Positions 53,700 to 64,000 of a stretch of 64,000 nt of DNA are shown piece after piece. Each line of letters begins with the position of its first letter. Positions within the stretch are counted from its first letter, which is position 1. Source of the stretch: Lytechinus pictus (Eukaryota). The position numbers and the translations under genes were made by a program. The notes beneath the pieces are model-generated. The model did not search any database. It saw only the letters and a list, made by a program, of their open reading frames with translations, and had not been told where the DNA came from. Location of the stretch: contig NC_087249.1 of the NCBI RefSeq assembly GCF_037042905.1, positions 9,302,001 to 9,366,000 of the forward strand, in the 5' to 3' direction.

Positions 53700-53900
53700 G
53701 ACATCTTGGTTTCGGAGAACCGAACCCCCGACATAGAGATGTATACTAGTTAGTACATCTCTATGACCCCCGATGACTAAATTCTACCATGACGTAAACT
53801 ATTGTGACGTCACATCACTACGAGCAACCAATCATTGAGCTGAGGAGGCCGCTAGACTCTGCTTGAAAGTTCGGGAACTTCCCTAAATGGCAGCGTCCAT
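53700..53900. promoter_or_regulatory. Candidate bidirectional promoter
   Basis: Lies between the two divergent genes: TGACTAA (53774-53780), TGACGTAA (53790-53797), palindromic CRE TGTGACGTCACA (53803-53814), CCAAT (53828-53832), kB site GGGAACTTCC (53873-53882), YY1-like AAATGGCAGC (53885-53894). CpG is retained locally. Confidence 0.6.
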
Positions 53901-55329
53901 ACCCCTCTCTATTCATATGTTATATGTTAAACCGAGGTTTTTTTTTACCTGACTGCTAAGAAAGAACGAATGCCTGTGAGCAAGCAACCAGGGGACCAAC
54001 ATGGGGATACAAATTCTTTATCTTGGTAAAATTAGATTTAAAAACAAAGCTATTGTGTATTTTCTGGAAAATATGTTTCCACTTGAAGGAAAATAGTCTT
54101 TTACTCTGATATTGACAGAAAGAAGAGACCGGCAATTAATGTGTTAAAAAGTTTAAAACCCGTACAAATGTTGATAATATTCGACATACATTTCTTCACC
54201 CCTCTTTCAAATCAATAATGGTTTGATCCAGATTGCGCAATGACTGTGACATCGTCAAACGAATATACGTTGTTTGACAATATCCACATTCAGCGAAGAA
54301 GAAGGGATTATTAATGCGTCTTGTAAGTGTTCTTCTAGAAACTGAAGTTGTAACATTTACACAGTATTTGCAGTTTACTTCAAGTTTGTTGTAAGGGAAT
54401 CTGCCGTGAGTAGACATCTACCAATTTGTATACTAATTTGACCTTTTGTTTTGAAATTTCATTTTTGTAGGGAGTCTACTTACGTTCCACCATTCATTGG
54501 TGTCTGTATGCAGTATATGTAGACTCTACATGTTACTTCAGTGTGTCTATTAGTACTAAGTACTATATTGATGCAGAACTTAGGTTAGATAAAATGGTAA
54601 TTGTCAACTGACATTCAGAGACATAGTGATGTACACTACATATCCTACACATTTGCGTTACTGATGTTAAAACAAAATATGTTCTAGAGTCTTAGAGAGA
54701 GTAGTTTTCTCTTCATAAAAATATGTTTAGACTTTTGGATATTCATTTACATGATAATGGCAGCATAATTATTGTCAAGAAAGTTAACGAGTGTTTGAAA
54801 GTGTTTAATGATCTTACAAAAAAAAAAAGATTATCGACCAGGGGCCTTTTGTACACATGCCCTCCCCCATATTAGGACCGGGGCATGGCCCTGGGAAGTA
54901 GGGGTGCACCCCAAGATTTGTCTAGGGGGTGCTGCATAATGTTATACACCATACGCAGCACCCCCTGGAAATCGGGTTACTAAAAAGTAGAATTTTTTAA
55001 AAACAAAAACCCATTTTTTTTTTCTTGTCATTTTTTCTCTCCAAACCAGCACCCCTCTTCAAAAATATATCCCAGGGCCTGGGCTGGGAGGACTTTAGAA
55101 TGGAAAATTTTCCCATGACTTTTACTCTCCCTTTACTATAATTGCTAATAATTCAATACATTGATACATAGTAAAAATATGGTGTCCCCCCCCCCCCATT
55201 TTTCTGGTCAAATGCATTATTTCTCCCGTTTAGACCTTTTATAATAAATTCTTCTTTTCTTTCTATATATTCACAGATTGAAAGGCAGTGACTAAATTAC
55301 AGATATCTAAGAACGAGGCCGCAAGAATC

Positions 55330-55797
55330 ATGGTGCTTCAAGTCCAGAGCGATCCAGAAGGCCGCTTGACTAAAGGGAATGGGAACACTCGACGAGACCA
55401 TGGACTTCTGAGGGACGGTGGAAGCAACGACGAAGGCTGCAAAGAGCACAGCTTGCCGGAGTATTTCCTTTATGGCAATGGCACAAACATAGGCGGATCA
55501 GGTCCGCTTCGATCAAATACCACAGATAGGATCAATGATGTTAACCAAGGAATGGTATCCACAGGCCCTGGAAGAACAGTATCTACCCTACCTGAGAGGG
55601 CGCTTCTACTGGAGGATACTGGTAGGGAATTGAGGAAAGTGGCAGACCTGTTCATCATCACCAGGAACACTGGACATGAACTGAGAAGGATAGCTGACGA
55701 GGTTTATTTCAAATTTGTCGGGTCGGAAACTCACCCACCTGATGTCATTCTGTTTGAGGATATGGCTGAGAGAACACTGCAGAGAAGAAAATCATGA
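55330..55797 (+). CDS. Candidate BH3-only pro-apoptotic protein with two tandem BH3 motifs (155 aa)
   Basis: Strong acceptor (pyrimidine tract...TTCACAG, ending 55276), in-frame TGA at 55279-55281, then ATG in good context (ATCATGG) at 55330. A Gly/Asn/Ser-rich, likely disordered N-half is followed by TGRELRKVADLF and TGHELRRIADEVY. AATAAA at 55990 and 56633. Confidence 0.75.
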   Translation: MVLQVQSDPEGRLTKGNGNTRRDHGLLRDGGSNDEGCKEHSLPEYFLYGNGTNIGGSGPLRSNTTDRINDVNQGMVSTGPGRTVSTLPERALLLEDTGRELRKVADLFIITRNTGHELRRIADEVYFKFVGSETHPPDVILFEDMAERTLQRRKS

Positions 55798-56819
55798 CTA
55801 GGCCAAATAACCCATTAACTCAAACTCAAACTATTCAGGAAAATGCTGCAGTAAATTTATAAAGAATTATACTTTTTTATTGTGAACATTACATGTTCAA
55901 TGCCTTGACAGTAAGTGCACTCATCATGACAGTTTTTGAGCAGGCCTCCATGTAAACCTGTCCACAGTGCCTTTAATAAGTGTACTTATAATAAAAGTTT
56001 TTAAGCAGATAGAATAGACAATACTGTATTCGTTTTGTATTATATTTTTGTATATTCACCTTATAAATATTCATTCATTATTTACAACCGATTCACAACA
56101 TGATCTCAAACAGCTCAAACACTCGCCTTGATTTTGAGTCTGTGAATGGCATGAACTGAACGCGTGATGGCGCTAGTACTGTTATTACCATGTGGAGAAT
56201 GAAGCTGTTCTAACTCTGACATGAATCGTACAGAGATAAGTAGGAGCGCCGATTGTACCAATATTACATAGAACAAATATTTGTTATATAATCATTATTC
56301 ATTAAATAATAACTAGATAAGGGCCCGAATTCACAAACGTGGATAAGTAGTGTTTAAGAGTTTAAAGTACACATTATGATTGTGATGCACACATCAGTCT
56401 CTTTTTTTTATATTGTTTTTGGAGTGTAAAAGTCATGCCGGTTCCTGATTATTTTAAATAGACTATATATTTTGACATCACATGTATATAAACAAAATAC
56501 ATTTTCTTTATTTCATTACTGAAAATAATCCTTGCCTTCATTCACTTGTTTCATGCATTATTAGTGTAATTTTGAGTAAAGATTTGTTTTTAACTGTATT
56601 GTAAATTTTGATAGAACCTGCATGAATGAAACAATAAATGCAGCGCAATATTTTCACAGGATTTGTTTAATGCAGAAGTATAGTGTCCTTTTGAAGATGA
56701 TAATTTGCAATATTATATTGTATGATTTGATGTAAATTCAGTAAACAAATCAAACATGAAAATATACATATAATTTACAATGAATGGATGTTTACAAAAA
56801 TATTAGATTATTATCGCTT

Positions 56820-57045
56820 TTCCTTCTTCCTCTTTTTTCTTCTTCTCCTTCTTCATCTTCTACTTCTCCTTCTTCCCCTCCTCTTCCTTTTTCTTCTTCT
56901 TCTCCTCCTTCTTCCTCCCATCCTCATTCTTGTTCTTCCTCATCCTTTTTCCTCTCCCTTCTTCTTTTTTTTCTTCATCTTCTCCTTTTTCTTATATTTT
57001 TTTTCTTTTTCTAAATTCTTCTCCCTCTTCCACTTCTTCTTCCTT
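56820..57045. repeat. (CTT)n pyrimidine microsatellite
   Basis: Imperfect CTT/CCT triplet run. Confidence 0.9.
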
Positions 57046-60000
57046 GGTGAGGTTTTATTTCATTTACATGATTTTTTTTCTGAACATAGATCACATGAAA
57101 ATGTTAAAGGTAAAATTTTAGATAACTAGGGAGCTAAATGTAACAAAATGTGACACTGGCGAATCCCCCCCCCCCCTTTTTTTGAGAGGCACAATTAAAA
57201 TTTGTAATGTAAATATATGCTGTTGTAACAGAAATGTGCCCCCTAATGAAAGTGAAGACCTTTTTTTGTCAAATTTTTTCGTGGACGAAATCCCCTTAAT
57301 TTTTGGTTAAAAACCCTTTCCTTTTTTTGTCAAATTTTTCGTCGGGAAAATGAGTCCTCCCTTCCGAAAGAGAGAGATCAGTAATCTGAATATTCAAAGA
57401 GACGCGAGGAAGGCTGGAAATAACAAAGAGAGGGAGGAAGAAAGAGAGTGAGAATGAGGGGGGGGGGCACTTGAATAATGGTACGTAAGATAATGATGTT
57501 ACATTGAAAATAGTTTTAAAATTTGACTTGTAAAATTCGTCAAATTATTTTTTTTATACTTTTGATGGACAGAGTTCAAGAATAACTTATGATCTTATGA
57601 ACTTATTATCTATTATCTTGGGAATATGTAGGAAACAAAGCTCTCTTAAATGCAGGAGCAAATCCTGGATTGTGTGTTTAAAATAGAGGTAGGACTACAT
57701 CAATTTATATTAAAAGGGTATTGATCTCGTCTTTATATTTGGACAAGTAACCAAAAAAGGGTTTTCACCCGAAATGGCACAACTACTCAAACAAATCCGA
57801 CAAGTAAAACGATAAGGGGAAAAGGATGGTGTTATATAGCTTGTATAGACTCATGACAAGGAATTTTAAGATCTCATCATGGAGCTCAATTAATCCCATC
57901 GAGCTGTTTGTCTGCTGGTCTCTCTTGATAATTGTAAGGTAGTTTGGACATGTTGGATGAACTACATTATATTGCCCCCTAATTCTTCACACACCGATAA
58001 CGTGTTAAGGAATATTGAATAGCAGGGATTCTATTCAGAAAATGATACCTACAGAAAAAACGTTTGAATTTCCTTAAAGGAAATATTCCACAGCAAATTT
58101 CACAAAAATTGAATTGACGAAAAATATGATAAAGTTATGAGATTTCTATATTTCAAATTATTTGGAGAAACAGCAGTATATTTCATGCAAATGTGTAAGG
58201 TGAAGTTTCGATGAACGCACCTTTTCAATTGTATCATAATCTGCAATATTTATTATTTTTTTGAATTATTATTTGCATTAAGAATTTCAATAAAATTGTA
58301 CCAAAATAAATTGCCATCTATGGGCTATCACAGCAGTTTTCTGATCGGATGTTCCGATGAAATACAGGCCTAAATTTAATAATAATAATAATAATGATGA
58401 TGATGATAATAGATTAGTACAGTTTCATATCTGCAGTTCAGGAGAAAAAAAAAACATGCTTTACATCTCGAAGCACAGAGAAGAAAAATATTTATTTTCA
58501 TGTTGATAAATAACAAAAATAAGAAAAGATGAGCTTGAAACCTCATCACCTTTTAAAGTCGCCTAGCCCATTTTTTAACCAGAGAAAGTATACCTAAAAA
58601 AGACATGGGAGGGGAGTGTTAAACGACACAACCCATATGGCCCCACCCCTTGGTTTTTTTATCATTATTTTATTTTATTTATTTATTTATTATTATTATT
58701 TTATTTTTTTTTTGGTGGGGGGGGGGGTTAAATCTGAAAGGGAAAGGTTTGCGCTGCGTTATTCATAAATACTTTTTTCTTTTCATGTCTCGTGCAACAT
58801 TTGAGACCAAATTTGCGACGTTTGGTAAGCGGATCCTGCACGCAACATTATTTAAAAACTATGTGCATTATACCAACCCACCCCCCCCCCCATTTCCCAT
58901 TTTCATGTATACGTGCCATGCAAAGTCTGTTTCTAGACAAGATTCTAAACTGTCCCGTTATTTTTTTACGATTAAAATCAGTTAATTAAATTTGTTTATG
59001 ATCAGAGAATTGTCACCGACAATTCCCATCGATAAATTTTTTTAATAAAAAGTCGAAGCAAGGAATTTATTTGACAAATTTCAAAAACAGTAAAATGCAT
59101 TTTATAAGAAATTATTGATATTGATCATTTTTATGTGCATTTGATCAGAATCCCACATAGTCTCTGTAACAATATAAATACAAATTAAATGGTTATATTG
59201 ATAGATACACTTATTTCATGCATGAATTAACAAAACTGATTAACTTAAACAAAATTTGAATGATTTTGGAACAATATCTGAGAATGTTGTTGATGAGAAA
59301 TTCCATATTTGAAGGTATCTTAATCTGATGGAATTGAAAATAAATGTCTTCTTTAGATTTCCAGACTCTCATGCATCAAACTTTTTATCAGAGAGGAGAA
59401 CAAGACTGAAGAAGGTATATTGCTATTATTAGGCCTACAAACATATGTGTTTATGTAGTTTTGACATTTGCATAATATGAAGTAAAATATCTGTGGGAAA
59501 GTTATTGTTTGTCAAGATAGATAAAATAATCACTGCCCCAATTGTGGTTATAGTAACTGTACAGTATTAGAGTTAAAAAGAGTGAACAATATTGATAAGG
59601 ATAAAACGCGGGATATAGTTGCTTTTGTGTGATTTTCTGTCACAGAAATAAATGCATGCTTGCTCATAATATTTATGTGGTATATTTCCTTGAGGGAACT
59701 GTCGCTATAACATCAGTTTCCTGTGGAAGCTCTGTTTTTCTTCAAATATGTTATCGAAAACTTTTCATCAATGTATAAAAAAAAAAGACATGATGAGAGA
59801 TTATTTCTTGGACGTTTTGTGAACGTGTACTGTATGTTATCATTTCCTTTGTTTTCTCATTTGTCATGTTTTTGTATATCAAACTAATTTCCAATATAAT
59901 TTTTCGTAAAACTTCTTGTACACTATTTTAAAGCATCCCTTCACAAGTTACAAATTATGTAATTTCTAAGGTCTTGTCCTTTTTATTGGGTCAAATTGTA

Positions 60001-60265
60001 TTGATTGTCATGAACAAATTCACTATATTCATGTGTCGTATTGAAATATCCGATTTAAATAAATGTAGTAAATTGTTGAATTAAATTGAACTGAATATGT
60101 TGTTCTTATTTTTTTTCACTCAACAATTCCGTTTTATATTTCTGTATATTATTGGCTAAAAAAATATATATATATATATTTTTTTTTTTTGGGGGGTCGA
60201 TTTTCAAACCAATAAAACAAACTAATTAGCCATAAACTGTAAGATAGGGGACCTACAACGGTAAT

Positions 60266-60450
60266 CCACTTGGTCTACTCACACTTTTTATAATAACGTT
60301 CCATTTGGTTTCATCCCACATGGTCTAACTTTAGTTAGTCTCAAACAAATTCGTCTAACAATTAGGTTTAATACACATTTAGCCAATTTACCATTTTGTC
60401 TAAATTCCAGTTCGTCCATATCCATTTCGTCTTATATCCACTTCGTCTTA
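60266..60450. repeat. Degenerate ~15-bp minisatellite
   Basis: Repeated CCA(T/C)TT(C/G)GTCTAA-like units, e.g. CCACTTGGTCTA, CCATTTTGTCTAA, CCATTTCGTCTTA, CCACTTCGTCTTA. Confidence 0.7.
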
Positions 60451-61785
60451 GAGCCCCTCTTACAAAGAGTTACGATTTATCCAACCAATCTCAACTGTAT
60501 GGAAATCCATCCATACCATAATTTTTTTCTACAGGAAATTCGCACAATCTCCTTAGTAAACAAAGAGAATTACACTGAAAAAAAAAAAAAAAATAAAATG
60601 TAAAAAAAAAATTAATAGGCCTAAAAATAATCAATTTGATTAAAAATTAAGCCCCTAAAATAAAATAAAAATTTATTGATGGCTACCCTTAGCCCAGCAT
60701 GCCAACACAGCTACACCGCGAATATTTTTTCACATTTCGGGGGCAGGAGTGAATCGCCCCGAGCCCCCACCCACGTAAAAGTATTTTTGTGCGACTCTAA
60801 CATCCACACCACAGTCACACTCAGTCAAAGAAATTAAAGCATATTTAATTATTACAATCTTAAAGCTCTACACCAGGGAAAATCAATATAGAAAAAAAAA
60901 AAAATATATATATATATATATACACACAAAAAAGGCAGAGCCTATACGACACTGCCAGCGCCAAGCTTCAAGCTGTAGTTCACTCTCTCTCACTCAGTCA
61001 AGCACTAGGGGGTGGGTGCAGGGAGGGGGAGTTTCCCCCCTTCCCGCGCGAAGCGCCAAGCTTTCGGTGTTTCATAAATTGAAATTAAAAGCAGCCATCT
61101 CTCTTGTCTCTAGTACCTATATCAGGCCCAATTCAGTTGACTATATTGTGATTTTGAACCTTGTTTTCAAAAGTGATTGTGAACGCACAAAAAAGGGATA
61201 AAATGGAGGAAATTAAAATAAAATTAATCCCGTGCGAAGCGCGGAAGCTAAAGTGTTTTATCAATTTTTTTGCAAAGAAAAGGGTACCGAGAAAAGGGTA
61301 TTCTCTAAGTTATATTGAATACTTCCCTTGGAAAGATCAGATTTGATTACAAACAATTTAGCGACAGTGCATATCTTTAACTCGCAAAACAGAGGAGAAG
61401 AAGGATATATGCCGGGAGGAAGATATTCCTCCCCGCGCAGAGCAATGAAACTCTGAAATTTCAAAGGGCGGACGTTTCATCAAATGTACATATCTCTAAT
61501 ACCCCCATCGGCTCTAATTCAATTGTTTTTCCTCTAAGATTATTGAACTTCATTACAAGGAAAATAGTGCGCAAAAAGTTGCAATGAAACTACTGTGATG
61601 CATTGAAATTATATAAAACAGGATGATGTATAATTATCATGATGCGCTTCATTTTGAATGATGAAGAAACTTAAGTGTCATTCAAAATTTCAAACTTAGG
61701 ACGCAAAACAGGACAGGAGATGAATGTGTAGGGAAATGACATGAAGTTTAGTAGAATTTGATAAAAAAATATTGTTCTTTTTTAT

Positions 61786-62382
61786 TCAAAGGACAAGTCC
61801 ACCCCAACAAAAAGTTAATTTCAATAAAAAGAGAATAATCAAACAAGCTTAACACTGAAAATTTCATCAAAATCGGATGTAAAATAAGAAAGTTATGGTT
61901 TCACAAAACAGTTATATGCACGTACAGGTCGGTATGCAAATGAGGGAACTGATGATGTCATCCACTCACCATTTCTTTTGTATTTCTTTATATGAAATAT
62001 GAAATATTGTAAATATCTCCTCATTGTCCTGTCAAACAGCGTTTTATATCTTCCTTAAATGTGGAATTACCATTGTTTTAAGATTTTATGGTTCAGTCAA
62101 GTTGGTTCTTATTGTCAAATCTGTAAAAATTGAAATATTGTACAATTCAAAGTCAAACAATAAAAAACAAAAGAAATAGTGAGCGGGAGACATCATCGAC
62201 TCTTTCATTTGCATGTTGCTGAGTTGTGCATATAACTGTTTTGTGAAAAATAAGCGAAATTTTAAAATGTCATAACTTTCTTATATTACATCCGAATTTG
62301 ATGAAATTTTCAGCATTGTGCTTATTTAATTTTTCTCTGTTGATTCAAATCATCATTTTTCTGGGGTGGACTTGACCTTTAA
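61786..62382. mobile_element. Kolobok-like MITE, copy 2
   Basis: AGGACAAGTCCACCCC / GGGGTGGACTTGACCTTTAA ends; colinear with 20003-20577. Confidence 0.9.
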
Positions 62383-63042
62383 TACAATACGAATTTTATA
62401 CCTTCCTCTTTTTAAATTAGGAACCTGTTTGCCCCCAAATTATGGTTGTTTAGTAATGAGCTGAAACGCGGGATAAGTTGCCTATATGGAGGTGACGGCA
62501 GAAATTGATATAAAGATTTTACCCGCCCGTAGCCGACCCGACCAGAAGTTGCGCGACCAATAAAAAAAAAAAACTTCATATACTTCGGACTATCCTTACT
62601 CTAATTTCATGCCCTAACGTATATATTTGAACTTTAACTGGCAAGAAACACATATAGCTGAGGTGGAAAAACAGGGTTAGAGAAAGGGTGAGGATAACAA
62701 AGGAGAACTGCAATATTGTCATTTAACCGCGCGCAGCGCGGAAGCAAAATTCATGTACTGTATATGAAATTAGAGCAAGAGTGAAGGAATTTCTTTTTGA
62801 GAAAAAAAAAGAATAAAAAGAAAAACCCACAAAGCTACCTTTCTTCCCTTTCCTTCCTTCGCTTTTCCTTTTCTCCTCTCTTTTTTCCCCTTCTTTTTGG
62901 GGACGTTTTTTTTTTTTTGGGGGGGGGGGCGACCGCCCCCCTGGCTACGCGCCTGGGCACAGACATATAGGGTTGTCACGGGTGAAAAATTATCTCTCCT
63001 TGTCCCCAATTGATAAGGTACTGTCCTTCCTAAATAGGGACA

Positions 63043-63266
63043 GACTGCAAAAACGTCGGTGTTCACTTAACACCAGCCTATCAGTAAATACCAGGGAAGT
63101 GTTGAAACAACACCCGTTTGGCGTTAGGCTAACACCAGATAGGCATTAAAGCAACACCAATAATATCAATTTGATTATAAACTGGTGTTGTTTCAACACT
63201 TTCCTATAGTGTTTACTGATGTAGATACCAGGCTGGTGTTAAATGAACACAAGTGTTTTTGCAGTG
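63043..63266. mobile_element. Fold-back MITE related to 14139-14380
   Basis: GACTGCAAAAACGTCGGTGTTCACTTAACACCAGCC / GGCTGGTGTTAAATGAACACAAGTGTTTTTGCAGTG. Confidence 0.85.
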
Positions 63267-64000
63267 AGCAAGTATGCTGACAAGTTTCTTGTTTGAGCTC
63301 ATTTATCACTCTTTTATCTTATTTTTGTAAAACATCAACAAACAAAAAGAAAAACAACAGAAGCAGACGAATATTCTAGATGAGAATTCATAATTTTTAT
63401 TGCAATTCTAAATCTCAGCTTGCTTAACACAGCACATGAGAAAGGTCAAAAGTCAAAGGTCATTCTGTCAATCACTAATATGGTAAGGAGTACGGTATAC
63501 ACATTGAAGCGACACATCATTTCACTGAATCAATGCATCTATTCATTGCAATTTAGTCATTATAATATAGGCAACAATATATCTGCCTCTCTAGTTCTTA
63601 ATCTCAAATCCGGTGTAATTCTTTTCAATTCTATTGCCATATTTGTTACTTCATTCGGCACTGTATAATTTAATGTTCCACTTAATGACGACTTCAAATG
63701 TTTTTAGCTATCGAGAAAACAATGTAGATATTCTTGCATTTTTCCTGCTCTACTAACACGGCCTGTAAGTTCTTGAATTGTCTAATATATGAGTAAATAT
63801 AAACACTGTATAATCATCATCAATATTATATATCTAACGAGAAGCAATAGAATTTGGGATTGAAATTACCTAGTGGGTATGATTTAGTCCTCAAAGTGTA
63901 AATAAGTAATGAGCTGAAAATATGGATTGGTTTAGATTTATATATATGATTAAACATATGTTATATACAATTGAAATATATATGATGATATAATTATATG

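Noticed and set aside
55288..55329. GTG start used by the ORF track for the BH3 gene
   Set aside because: Eukaryotic locus; the first in-frame ATG with good context is at 55330.
56784..57129. Hydrophobic Leu/Phe-rich ORFs (also 1142-1546, 6126-6449, 7056-7415)
   Set aside because: They are translations of pyrimidine-rich microsatellites.
60266..60450. CRISPR-like array
   Set aside because: Units are short, degenerate and have no unique spacers; eukaryotic context with no cas genes.

Overview
AT-rich, repeat-dense animal genomic DNA. The transposon repertoire and gene content suggest an invertebrate deuterostome, probably a sea urchin; this is an inference. The first ~48 kb is gene-poor. It contains MITEs, tRNA-derived SINEs, two truncated LINEs, microsatellites and a probable decayed LRR-protein relic at ~34-35.8 kb. 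The only well-supported host genes form a divergent pair at 52.4-55.8 kb. On the minus strand is a two-exon MCL1-like anti-apoptotic Bcl-2 family gene (249 aa; BH3, BH1, BH2 and a C-terminal TM). On the plus strand is a 155-aa ORF with two tandem BH3 motifs and no other BH domain, i.e. a candidate BH3-only pro-apoptotic protein. The interval between them holds a compact CRE/CCAAT/kB/YY1-like motif cluster. This head-to-head 'killer plus inhibitor' module is the main candidate for an undescribed system. A second notable item is a short retroposon at ~19.0 kb whose head resembles the 7SL RNA Alu domain. All calls were made by eye; no database searches were run.
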